Shown in pieces: positions 26,960 through 34,655 of a stretch of DNA of 42,140 nt. The notes under the pieces are model-generated. The model saw nothing but the letters and a program-made list of their open reading frames with translations. It made no database searches and was not told the origin of the DNA. Source of the stretch: a virus; IMG/VR virus record IMGVR_UViG_3300008221_000005, positions 1 to 42,140 of that record. The stretch is one strand, 5' to 3'. Every line of letters starts with the position of its first letter. Positions within the stretch are counted from its first letter, which is position 1. The translations under genes and the position numbers were made by a program.

Positions 26960-27636
26960 TAAGCGTGATCGATGTAATACTTAAAGCTCTTAACAGTAGC
27001 AGTATGTGCTGCATCGCCCCCTGTTCGCGCACCAATGAATGGTGCTAAAGGAAGGTCATCAGGTATTTGTGCTGCTGTGTTAGCTCTGACACCAAACACA
27101 TCATCAACATATACCTCAACCTCAGAGGTTGATCTGTTGAAAACAAGACGCACAGTGGTTTCTGTCGCATCCACTAACGAGATTGGTGTGGCATTAGTCA
27201 CAAGACCACCATTGTTCTTATCGTAATAAAGACTAATCGCCGCAGACCCATCCAACACACCCACTGACAACACATCAGTAGCAGTCGTTGTCCATAAATC
27301 TTCTGGATTGGTGGTGGCTGTTAATGCAGACAAACCGAATTGAAAGTCCTGATCGTCAGCATCGGTCACAGAAAAAGTGCACTCCATTTCGAAATACTTG
27401 GCATCCAACTGGACTGAAAGCGGCCGATAAATCGCAACCCCTTCAGAAACACCATCAGAGGCAATCGTTAATCCACCATCGACAGCGCCACTATGAACAC
27501 AGGTCGCACCTGTATCGATAATCGCGATCCAACCCAATGGGGCGTTAGAAGTAACCGGGTTCTGAAAATCATCCCCGAATGAATGTTGGCCTAATTGCTT
27601 GTCAGCAAGTGAGGTCTGGCGTGGTGCTTGTGGCAT
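26959..27636 (-). CDS. Beta-sandwich (lectin/LamG-like) protein of unknown role
   Basis: 225 aa, beta-rich. Strong AAGGAG SD. First gene after a 340-bp non-coding gap. Confidence 0.5.
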   Translation of the reverse strand: MPQAPRQTSLADKQLGQHSFGDDFQNPVTSNAPLGWIAIIDTGATCVHSGAVDGGLTIASDGVSEGVAIYRPLSVQLDAKYFEMECTFSVTDADDQDFQFGLSALTATTNPEDLWTTTATDVLSVGVLDGSAAISLYYDKNNGGLVTNATPISLVDATETTVRLVFNRSTSEVEVYVDDVFGVRANTAAQIPDDLPLAPFIGARTGGDAAHTATVKSFKYYIDHA

Positions 27637-27976
27637 GGTAAAGCTCCTTGATTGAATTTATGCTCCTATATCCGTAGTGGAGCCTTTTGACTAAGTGGTT
27701 GATTATTAGGACTTAAAAAAAGCCTCGAAAAATATTGGGAGGGGATATTCTTACTTTAAATAAACAAAAAGGGGGGGTACCCGGTCTACATATGCTTATT
27801 TCTGGCGCGTATATAGTTATTTCCCTGGATATCCTGACAATAACCGTGACATTTCATGGTAAGTTGTTGATTTATATAGTAGTAGACGCGGGAAGGATAC
27901 CCGTTGCCACCCTGAACACTGGCCTATTTCTTGTCTAACGTATGTCTAGGACAGGCTAGGGAAATAACCTTTCCCC

Positions 27977-28168
27977 CTAATCTAAACGTTTCAAGCTCTT
28001 CTGTTCAGCGCTATCCTGCTGTTGGCTAGACATATATGCTACATTCAGTATTTGCCCATACTTTCGACTAATACCCTTAGCGCTTCCTTTGTGGTTATAC
28101 CGATACATTGGCATTCTGTAGCACTCTAATGCGTGTACTATCCATTTAGTTCTTTGCTTTGGTGTCAT
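27977..28168 (-). CDS. Hypothetical basic protein (63 aa)
   Basis: Overlap-coupled to the upstream ORF. Confidence 0.4.
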   Translation of the reverse strand: MTPKQRTKWIVHALECYRMPMYRYNHKGSAKGISRKYGQILNVAYMSSQQQDSAEQKSLKRLD

Positions 28169-28340
28169 TTACCGTAAACCTTGGCTTGCCCGGCCTAAAC
28201 CTAATCATCTTGTTCTCTACTTTATTCGCCAGAGACTCTATTAGCTTTCTGTGTGGTGTGTCTGCAATGTATTCCGCATGGTCTACTAGCAAAGATAGCC
28301 ATTGCTTTGTGTATAGCTTCTTATGTCTTTCCCAATTCAC
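28146..28340 (-). CDS. Small protein of the M-N-W start family (64 aa)
   Basis: GTG start, MNWERHKKLY. Overlap-coupled. Confidence 0.45.
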   Translation of the reverse strand: MNWERHKKLYTKQWLSLLVDHAEYIADTPHRKLIESLANKVENKMIRFRPGKPRFTVNDTKAKN

Positions 28341-28515
28341 GCTTATATGCTTCTAATAGTTCTGTGTCGCAATGTGCCTTATTGCCTGTTACGTTAGCAA
28401 TCATCCTTAGATGTAATGCCCTGCCTTCCTTGTCTAGTCCTTTGTGGATTAGCTCGATATCCTTTCTTGTTTCCCTGGGAAGCCTGGCGAGTATGCGTTT
28501 GTCCTTCCAGTTCAT
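28321..28515 (-). CDS. Small protein of the M-N-W start family (64 aa)
   Basis: GGAGG SD. MNWKDKRILARL. Confidence 0.5.
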   Translation of the reverse strand: MNWKDKRILARLPRETRKDIELIHKGLDKEGRALHLRMIANVTGNKAHCDTELLEAYKRELGKT

Positions 28516-28517
28516 AA

Positions 28518-28628
28518 CTACACGCCTCCGCTTTTATCTTTTTTTGCTGCTATCTCGAATACTATTAAAACGCTTAAAGGGAAGATAACTACTAGCCATA
28601 ATGTTGCTACCCATTCAATCCAGTTCAC
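28518..28628 (-). CDS. Micro-ORF, single-TM peptide of the M-N-W start family (36 aa)
   Basis: GTGA overlap with the upstream micro-ORF. (M)NWIEWVATLWLVVIFPLSVLIVFEIAAKK. Confidence 0.3.
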   Translation of the reverse strand: MNWIEWVATLWLVVIFPLSVLIVFEIAAKKDKSGGV

Positions 28629-28756
28629 TTGTACACTGTATCGAAGTTGTTAATAGTGATCTTCTGGCGCTTCTTCTTTGTATCTATACCAATGCTTGTC
28701 TTAGGTTCTGATCTCGTCTTAGAGGGCTTCTGAGGCGCTTTGTCTTTTAGACTCAT
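28625..28756 (-). CDS. Micro-ORF, Lys-rich peptide (43 aa)
   Basis: Read from sequence (MSLKDKAPQKPSKTRSEPK...). No clear SD. Confidence 0.25.
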   Translation of the reverse strand: MSLKDKAPQKPSKTRSEPKTSIGIDTKKKRQKITINNFDTVYK

Positions 28757-28774
28757 TCTAAATAGTCTCGTAAG

Positions 28775-29167
28775 TTACTGATTTGATATTTCTAGGGTTT
28801 TCATCTGATCTCTTGGCACTATTACGTAATCATCGCCAATTAAGTTCTGTATTGCGTTTATATCCTTGGCAATGGCTTCTCTGAACTTCATTCTTATGAC
28901 GTTAATGTCTAGTTGTTGCTTCTGGCCTTGTAGTTCTAACGCTCTTCTGACGGCTTCGTCTGGAATGAACTTGTTAATAAAGAACATCGCGACTTTAGCT
29001 TGCTGGCTTGTCATCGCAGGGTCTCTCACCTCACCATAAGCTTTCCATTCAGTACCTAGAGACCAACATGCTAACCGCTCTAGTACCTGGATAGACTTGC
29101 TGTATAAATCTTTCTGCTCGATGAGCTTGTCTAGCTGTCTAGGTCTTATTTTATGATCTTCAGACAT
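28775..29167 (-). CDS. Hypothetical protein (130 aa)
   Basis: AAGGAA upstream. Helical composition. Confidence 0.55.
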   Translation of the reverse strand: MSEDHKIRPRQLDKLIEQKDLYSKSIQVLERLACWSLGTEWKAYGEVRDPAMTSQQAKVAMFFINKFIPDEAVRRALELQGQKQQLDINVIRMKFREAIAKDINAIQNLIGDDYVIVPRDQMKTLEISNQ

Positions 29168-29310
29168 GTGGGATTATTACGATTCCTTAATGCGAGTGTT
29201 TTGTTAACTGTATTCTGGTCTTGCCACTTAATTACTTGTTCGTACAGTAGTCTTGCCTGGTTGCAATGGTCTGCTCTCCTGTAAGTGTTTAGGTGAGCTC
29301 TCCAGTTCAT
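29146..29310 (-). CDS. Small protein of the M-N-W start family (54 aa)
   Basis: ATGA overlap with the upstream ORF. MNWRAHLNTYRRA. Confidence 0.4.
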   Translation of the reverse strand: MNWRAHLNTYRRADHCNQARLLYEQVIKWQDQNTVNKTLALRNRNNPTCLKIIK

Positions 29311-29480
29311 GTTATCTCGCCATAATTAGAAAGTTCTATTAACTGTTGTTTCTTAATCTCTTTTGCGTATTGTTCATCACTGCAAAAAATAGGATTAACC
29401 ATCCATCTGAGATTTCGAGTAATCACCATAAAAACACCATCATCTGGTGGATCAAGACGTTTAATTTTCTGTATCAACAT
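29307..29480 (-). CDS. Hypothetical protein (57 aa)
   Basis: ATG 29480 lies 1 nt after the stop of the upstream acidic ORF. The longer track ORF (to 29657) overlaps that ORF out of frame. Confidence 0.4.
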   Translation of the reverse strand: MLIQKIKRLDPPDDGVFMVITRNLRWMVNPIFCSDEQYAKEIKKQQLIELSNYGEIT

Positions 29481-29481
29481 A

Positions 29482-29736
29482 TCATTGGATGGTATAAGTC
29501 CCGTCGTCTGGCATGGATAAGAACTCCTGAATATCCAGCTCTGTTTCGAGTGGGTCGTTCTGGGCTTCCAGCATAGCGATAACAAAGTCTTCTGTTTCAC
29601 TGAGGGCGGCGATAACATCGACGTAAAAGTCGTGCATCTTCTCGCTGTTCTGAACATCCTCTATTTCATAACGTCGTCCGTATAGCTCTATGTAGTCTTC
29701 ACCAACTGTTACGATAGGTTGTTCTTGATCGTCCAT
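29482..29736 (-). CDS. Strongly acidic small protein (84 aa)
   Basis: Large D/E excess with very few K/R. Confidence 0.5.
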   Translation of the reverse strand: MDDQEQPIVTVGEDYIELYGRRYEIEDVQNSEKMHDFYVDVIAALSETEDFVIAMLEAQNDPLETELDIQEFLSMPDDGTYTIQ

Positions 29737-29936
29737 TAGACCACTGTGCCCGAATCTGGTTTTATTACTGGTTTGTTGCCGCCTGGTTTACGTAACAATA
29801 TCCTTTTGCCTTTAATAGCTTCTTCTAGCCTTTTCGCAGACTCAAACAACTTATCCGAATCTGAGCTTCTAATGAAAGACGCTACATCGACTTCGGTTGA
29901 GCCGTTAGATTCTATTGTCGCGTAACATTTAGTCAT
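29736..29936 (-). CDS. Hypothetical protein (66 aa)
   Basis: Coupled junctions on both sides. Confidence 0.5.
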   Translation of the reverse strand: MTKCYATIESNGSTEVDVASFIRSSDSDKLFESAKRLEEAIKGKRILLRKPGGNKPVIKPDSGTVV

Positions 29937-29937
29937 A

Positions 29938-30195
29938 TCAATCCCTTGGCGGTTTGCCGTATAACCCTAAATCACTGGATTTAAGCTCTGTGAATTTCTG
30001 GCTAAATACTTTTTGTGCTGGGTCGTTGTTCTTTGCCCACTCAGCATCCATTTTGGCTTCTTTGAGTGACTTGCCGGGTGCATGTACAAACTGGCGTTGT
30101 TCTGAAGGGAGGAAAAAACTGGCGCGGTCGGTTAATGTGTTGGTTTTGAATTCGTGTTCCTGTTCTTTGTCGTACTCTCGAATTCCAGTGACCAT
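29938..30195 (-). CDS. Hypothetical protein (85 aa), first gene after the late promoter/terminator
   Basis: GGAGG SD directly after the terminator U-run. Confidence 0.55.
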   Translation of the reverse strand: MVTGIREYDKEQEHEFKTNTLTDRASFFLPSEQRQFVHAPGKSLKEAKMDAEWAKNNDPAQKVFSQKFTELKSSDLGLYGKPPRD

Positions 30196-30209
30196 TTTCC
30201 TCCGGGCAT

Positions 30210-30240
30210 AAAAAAAGCCCTCACGGATTAGGTGAAGGCT
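30210..30240 (-). terminator. Promoter-proximal intrinsic terminator (tR'-like)
   Basis: On the - strand: AGCCTTCAC-CTAATCC-GTGAGGGCT (9 bp with one G.U) followed by T7. Confidence 0.7.
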
Positions 30241-30264
30241 TTAAGGTATTTTTCTGATGATATT

Positions 30265-30293
30265 ACTATAGCCCAGATGACAGCCCATGTCAA
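30265..30293 (-). promoter_or_regulatory. Late promoter (PR'-like), TTGACA-17 nt-TATAGT
   Basis: Read on the - strand. The -35 hexamer contains the GIY-YIG stop codon. The terminator begins about 20 nt after the predicted start site. Confidence 0.6.
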
Positions 30294-30856
30294 ACACTTA
30301 CTTCTATGTTGTTCAGTGCAGCTTCTACTTGCTCCTGTAACGTGGTCTTTGCCGCTTCGATGATCCTTTCTTCTGTTGGGTTTTTTACTTTGCGCATATC
30401 AACCTCAACCATCTCTAATTCTATTTTCTCATTACGGCTATTTACGCTCTCTACCTTAACTAAGTAAACAGGCCATATATCTTCTTTGGGTTTACCCCAC
30501 TTCTCATCATTGAATATTGTGTTGTACCTCGGGCACTCTTCCTTGATGGCTTTCTCTTCAGCTTCTAACGCTGCTTTTCGGTTCGGGAAAACCTCAATAT
30601 CTATCCTCCTGACTGATCTATACCAATGAGCACATAACTGGTGTCCTGATAATCGAGTGAAAGCACTTTTAGAAATGCCCACATAAAGCAGATTGCCTTG
30701 ACCATCGAAATGTCTATATAACTGCGTTTCATCAAGCCTATTTAATATCTCTTTGTTCCCTTTCTCTCCGATATAGGTATAAAGCAGAGGTAGATTTCTA
30801 ATGTTTACATCTTCCTCAGTTAAGCCAACAAGACTAAATCGATCAAACTTAGGCAT
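30290..30856 (-). CDS. GIY-YIG family nuclease
   Basis: GNLLYVGISKSAFTRLSGHQ...W...IDIEVFPNRKAALEAEEKAIKEECPRYN fits the GIY-YIG core. Confidence 0.7.
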   Translation of the reverse strand: MPKFDRFSLVGLTEEDVNIRNLPLLYTYIGEKGNKEILNRLDETQLYRHFDGQGNLLYVGISKSAFTRLSGHQLCAHWYRSVRRIDIEVFPNRKAALEAEEKAIKEECPRYNTIFNDEKWGKPKEDIWPVYLVKVESVNSRNEKIELEMVEVDMRKVKNPTEERIIEAAKTTLQEQVEAALNNIEVSV

Positions 30857-31262
30857 AATACTTGTACAAATTCATTTTGAAAAAAGATATACCTTTATTT
30901 TTCAGCCTAGAAACTTTGTTTTTAGACCATGTACATCCAACTAAAGGCTTCCTGACACAATCAGCCATGTTCCATTGATGGCAATACAGCCGATATAAAA
31001 CATATCTAGCTTCGTTATTGACTAACTCAAGCCCTTGCATACAGTTATCAACTGCTTTTACTAATAACTCAGGTATTTCTTCATCATTACGACAAAAATC
31101 AACAATCAATACCCTGGTTTTTCTTATTTTGTGCAAATGGTTTTCCTTGGGATAACCATTGTGGTTTGTTACGCGGTATTTCCTACCCCATTGACTAAGA
31201 GCATGTTCCACCTCTTTGTCAGACCACTCTATTACTTCATCTCTGGTCATCATCTTCCCCAT
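30849..31262 (-). CDS. Candidate late-gene antiterminator (Q-like by position)
   Basis: 137 aa, last regulatory-sized gene before the promoter+terminator unit. C-terminal Cys/His-containing basic region. No secure motif. Confidence 0.3.
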   Translation of the reverse strand: MGKMMTRDEVIEWSDKEVEHALSQWGRKYRVTNHNGYPKENHLHKIRKTRVLIVDFCRNDEEIPELLVKAVDNCMQGLELVNNEARYVLYRLYCHQWNMADCVRKPLVGCTWSKNKVSRLKNKGISFFKMNLYKYYA

Positions 31263-31389
31263 ATGTCACGGCTAAATGGCAGTACTCTCTAGGACAATAA
31301 CTGGTGATCAGTGCTAGTATCTTCATGGTTAATTCGTCTGGGTCTTCAGTAGTGGTGATGAGTTCTTTTATCTGGGCTTGCAGATTCAT
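31237..31389 (-). CDS. Hypothetical small protein (50 aa)
   Basis: Read from sequence (MNLQAQIKELITTTEDPDEL...). Fills the gap between neighbours. Confidence 0.3.
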   Translation of the reverse strand: MNLQAQIKELITTTEDPDELTMKILALITSYCPREYCHLAVTYGEDDDQR

Positions 31390-31393
31390 TTAC

Positions 31394-31828
31394 TTACTCG
31401 TAGTTGATAAATTCAAGCCAGCCAGTTACACCATCTTTGCGCTTCTTTTCCATAATCTTTAGCTGCTCCTGATAATGTTTAGCGATGTCTTTTTCTTCCA
31501 GCTTGGTTATCTTTCGTTTAACGTTTCGCCATTTCTCTAACAGAATGTCGTGTATTCCTTCGCCCCTTACCTCTTTGTAATGAGCGGTAAACTCAAGAGG
31601 ATGTTGTTCAAGTTTTCTGTGACATCCGTTGCAGTGGGCCATTGCATTATCAGCGTCGAAACGTACCGATCTTGCTGCCCTTCCAAATACATGACTGCAA
31701 TGCAATCCGCCTTTGTTGTGCTCAAAGTTTCTTTTGCAGTACTCACACGTCCATTCTGATCTTTCTCTTACGCATTTACTGAATGCTATGTCTGCTGCGC
31801 TACGCTTCATAAGCTTCGCAAATGACAA
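31394..31828 (-). CDS. NinG/Rap-like Zn-binding recombination endonuclease
   Basis: FSKCVRERSEWTCEYC...LHCSHVFGR...RFDADNAMAHCNGCH follows the NinG Cys/His pattern. Confidence 0.45.
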   Translation of the reverse strand: MSFAKLMKRSAADIAFSKCVRERSEWTCEYCKRNFEHNKGGLHCSHVFGRAARSVRFDADNAMAHCNGCHRKLEQHPLEFTAHYKEVRGEGIHDILLEKWRNVKRKITKLEEKDIAKHYQEQLKIMEKKRKDGVTGWLEFINYE

Positions 31829-32133
31829 ATATAGTTATCCATAGAACTGTCTCGACTCCATGACCCTGCGTTGTATTTCTCCAACTTAACGGGCGCTGGC
31901 ATTTCAAACTCACAACCTGCTAATCCAGGTTTGATGTAATAGATATCTTTTTTCTTAGACCTGTATTTGTCAGCGTTTAATTTATTCAGCCTTAAATTGA
32001 TAGAATTAAGCGTTCTGTGTGGAAGGTATTTCTCGCTTATCTGCCTGCCTGTCAAACCCTCTTCCCGACCTTTAATCGCAAGCCTGTCTTCATGAATAGT
32101 CCAGCCGTTTCTTATCTTGTCGTGCTTATTCAT
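31807..32133 (-). CDS. Myb/SANT-like HTH protein
   Basis: GWTIHEDRLAIKGREEGLTGRQISEKYLPHRTLNSINLRLNKL. Confidence 0.35.
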   Translation of the reverse strand: MNKHDKIRNGWTIHEDRLAIKGREEGLTGRQISEKYLPHRTLNSINLRLNKLNADKYRSKKKDIYYIKPGLAGCEFEMPAPVKLEKYNAGSWSRDSSMDNYICHLRSL

Positions 32134-32494
32134 CTTTCAATTCCTCATGATTGGGCCAAGCAACATAAACGCCTGTTGCCTCACCTATCTGTTTGCTTAA
32201 CTGTTCGTAAATCCTGCTCACTTCACCATTCGTTAAATCTTCTGTAGATTCTTTGCCTTCTGGAAACTCATCACTCATCGTCATGGGCCGTTGTATTACT
32301 CGCCATAATTGGTCTTTAACCAGATACTTAGTCCACGATACGTCGCTTTGATAATTCACCTGTTCCATAAATGCTTTAAAGTCAAAACCAGCATCGTTTA
32401 GTGCTTCTGCAAGTAGCTCGCAGAATTTGTGTAAAGCTTTACGTTGTTGATTAGTCACTTTTCTGCCACATCCCTGATTTGATCTGGCGCTCAA
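32126..32494 (-). CDS. NinB-like protein (weak)
   Basis: TNQQRKALHKFCELLAEAL and C-terminal EVSRIYEQLSKQIGEATGV echo the NinB pattern. Lies in the nin-region position. Confidence 0.3.
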   Translation of the reverse strand: MSARSNQGCGRKVTNQQRKALHKFCELLAEALNDAGFDFKAFMEQVNYQSDVSWTKYLVKDQLWRVIQRPMTMSDEFPEGKESTEDLTNGEVSRIYEQLSKQIGEATGVYVAWPNHEELKDE

Positions 32495-32795
32495 CCATTG
32501 GGTAAATTTTATGCTTAAATAAAAAATACCTTCTTAATGCCTTCTTAGTGTTATATCCGTGCAGCTTACAAGCCCTAACAACGTCATCTATATCCGGCAT
32601 ATCGCCGCCCTTCTTTTTATTGCAGCCTTTATGCATAAGAACTACGTTTTCATGGTCTACACACCCAATCCCATTTCGGTAAAACAGATGCCTTGGAATT
32701 AAATGATCTACTGTTGTATTCTTTCCTGACATATGCTTTTTACATAGAAAGCATTGATGTCTTTGATTTTTTCTTAACTTAAGCATCGATTTCAT
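32451..32795 (-). CDS. HNH endonuclease
   Basis: CFLCKKHMS...TVDHLIPRH...HENVVLMHKGCNKKKG. Confidence 0.75.
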   Translation of the reverse strand: MKSMLKLRKNQRHQCFLCKKHMSGKNTTVDHLIPRHLFYRNGIGCVDHENVVLMHKGCNKKKGGDMPDIDDVVRACKLHGYNTKKALRRYFLFKHKIYPMVERQIKSGMWQKSD

Positions 32796-33102
32796 TGCTA
32801 ACCACCTTCTCGTATTTGCTCATCACGTAGTGATAACTGCCCATTGCTAAACTCCTAGAAAAACATCCATCAGGATTAATTTCGTAGTTCTTTTCCCATA
32901 AAACATATTTGTCACCGCCCTTCTTTCCTTCGTTGGTAATCTGGTAGTTACCGCATGGTGATTTAAACAGCTTATTCCCCCCTATTCTTATTTCGGATAG
33001 ATTGGCATTCTGAATCCTGCGATTATCAATGCTGCTATAAGACCCGCTGGACCAATAAGAATAAGCAATCGACGGAAAACAGCTAAATCTTTCTTTACAC
33101 AT
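32779..33102 (-). CDS. Hypothetical protein (up to 107 aa, start uncertain)
   Basis: The first 115 nt overlap the upstream TM-protein ORF out of frame, and there is no internal ATG. Confidence 0.35.
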   Translation of the reverse strand: MCKERFSCFPSIAYSYWSSGSYSSIDNRRIQNANLSEIRIGGNKLFKSPCGNYQITNEGKKGGDKYVLWEKNYEINPDGCFSRSLAMGSYHYVMSKYEKVVSNEIDA

Positions 33103-33197
33103 GAAACACCAAACTCATCTGCCCATTCAGCATTAACAAGCCCCCCGGCCAAATATCCACATGCAACCCAAACAATAAAACCTAAAATAATATACAT
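32988..33197 (-). CDS. Small two-TM membrane protein (69 aa)
   Basis: Two hydrophobic helices. AGGAG upstream. Confidence 0.5.
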   Translation of the reverse strand: MYIILGFIVWVACGYLAGGLVNAEWADEFGVSCVKKDLAVFRRLLILIGPAGLIAALIIAGFRMPIYPK

Positions 33198-33207
33198 ATC
33201 ACTTCTC

Positions 33208-33351
33208 CTAATGCGCCTGCTCTTTCATTTCTTGTTCAAGCTTCTCTAAAATCTTTTCTACTTCTTCGTTAAACTTAAGCGACACGTTATTGATGCTTTC
33301 ATGTGCTTCTTCTATGGGTGTTATTGGTAAAAACTTTATTGGTTCGCTCAT
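33208..33351 (-). CDS. Hypothetical small acidic protein (47 aa)
   Basis: Read from sequence (MSEPIKFLPITPIEEAHES...). ATG lies 3 nt after the ligase stop. Confidence 0.35.
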   Translation of the reverse strand: MSEPIKFLPITPIEEAHESINNVSLKFNEEVEKILEKLEQEMKEQAH

Positions 33352-33354
33352 GAT

Positions 33355-34254
33355 TTACTCCTGCCTTGTCACTAAATATTGCTTATAAAATTCTGGGAAT
33401 CCTTTAACACTTGTTCTAGCAATCTCTTTACTAAACTCTCTCCATAAAAAGTCAGTGATATTATTTTTTTCTTCTTCTAAAACATCTTTTTGTATTTCTT
33501 TCATCAAAAGACCAATGTCTTTTGGATCTCCAATTAACTTTCCTTCTTCATTTAAATGCTGTATCGCTTTATGCCATCTTGCCTCAGTGCAGAAACCAGA
33601 TTTGAATACATCAAACTTACCTTTAGATGTATTTTCTTTATTCCACTTCGTTTTATGCACTTCTTTAAACTTCTCAGAAACATACTTCCCAGCCATCACG
33701 CTAATTGGTTGGCCTCCTAATAAGAACGGCTTGTTGTAATTTTTTACAACACACCCCTCCATATCTGCGCCGCCGAGATAACTTTTTTCTTCGATTAAGC
33801 TAAACACTTTTTTCGGGTCATCAATGACTCCACGATATATCAACGGAACCACATCTATTTCTAACGAATCAGCAATGTTTTGCAGAGACCTGTAATCAGA
33901 TGTGAATGTCCCGCCGATAGTAGATGCGCCATATAGGGCTAAATGATTTTTAGGAATGCGATCATAATGTAGTGAGTTATGTTTTTCGTTTTTCAAGTAT
34001 TCACAGTAATAAACTGTGCCTTCCTCTACCCACTGTTCATTGTCATACACATAATCGACAGCCTCCTGAAACATCTTTTGAACATTCTCTTTGTAAATAA
34101 CCGCGCCTTTGCTTCTCGTATAAATCTCACCATTAACACGGCCAAACACAAACTGAGATCCGTCTACTTTCTCGGTAATTTCAACTTCACCTTGAAATAT
34201 ATCTTTGATGAAGTCAGTGCCTAGTGAGAATATTTTTGGATATGCTTTAATCAT
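33355..34254 (-). CDS. ATP-dependent RNA ligase, Rnl2-like
   Basis: Nucleotidyltransferase motifs in order: EKVDGSQ (I, KxDG), YCEYL (III), MEGCVVKN (IV), GKYVSEKFK (V), plus a helical C-terminal domain. Confidence 0.7.
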   Translation of the reverse strand: MIKAYPKIFSLGTDFIKDIFQGEVEITEKVDGSQFVFGRVNGEIYTRSKGAVIYKENVQKMFQEAVDYVYDNEQWVEEGTVYYCEYLKNEKHNSLHYDRIPKNHLALYGASTIGGTFTSDYRSLQNIADSLEIDVVPLIYRGVIDDPKKVFSLIEEKSYLGGADMEGCVVKNYNKPFLLGGQPISVMAGKYVSEKFKEVHKTKWNKENTSKGKFDVFKSGFCTEARWHKAIQHLNEEGKLIGDPKDIGLLMKEIQKDVLEEEKNNITDFLWREFSKEIARTSVKGFPEFYKQYLVTRQE

Positions 34255-34655
34255 GATGCTTCTCCGTATAGTTTTTCTTGCTGTTTGAATGATTCGTTAT
34301 CGATCTCCTGTTTCTTTAGTTCTTCAACAAATCCGTAAAAACTTCTCCTGTATCGTGATCGTTCCTGTTCTGTCATTGCCTGCATTTTGAAATACTCGTC
34401 AAGCATTCTTTGGAACACAGGGATAGGTTCGCCGCGCCAATGAAAGCCATCTTCCTTTGCAGCAACGATTAACTTCTGTTCATGCCCCGGCAATCTGTCG
34501 TAATGTTTTGCAAGTGTGTAAACACGAGCAAGATAATCATTCTGTTTTTCAAACTTACCTCTGGCTTCAAACAGCGGCTGATATCTAACCCATTTAGGGT
34601 CAACGTATGGCTTGATCTTTTCTGGTTGCTTGCTTTGTTTTTCAATGATGCTCAT
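34251..34655 (-). CDS. Hypothetical replication-module protein (134 aa)
   Basis: Coupled to the initiator gene. No motif recognised. Confidence 0.5.
   Translation of the reverse strand: MSIIEKQSKQPEKIKPYVDPKWVRYQPLFEARGKFEKQNDYLARVYTLAKHYDRLPGHEQKLIVAAKEDGFHWRGEPIPVFQRMLDEYFKMQAMTEQERSRYRRSFYGFVEELKKQEIDNESFKQQEKLYGEAS

Noticed and set aside
27735-27938. 67-aa + strand ORF in the 340-bp non-coding island
   Set aside because: It uses a non-ATG (TTG) start without an SD and runs antisense to the late transcription direction. Its composition looks random, so the region is treated as regulatory.
28159-28588. + strand ORFs 28159-28356 and 28253-28588
   Set aside because: They are antisense shadows of the coupled chain of small - strand ORFs. 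They are Leu/Ser/Cys-rich and have no SD.
29307-29657. 116-aa version of this - strand ORF
   Set aside because: Its first half overlaps the acidic 84-aa ORF out of frame. An ATG at 29480, 1 nt after that ORF's stop, gives a coupled 57-aa product instead.
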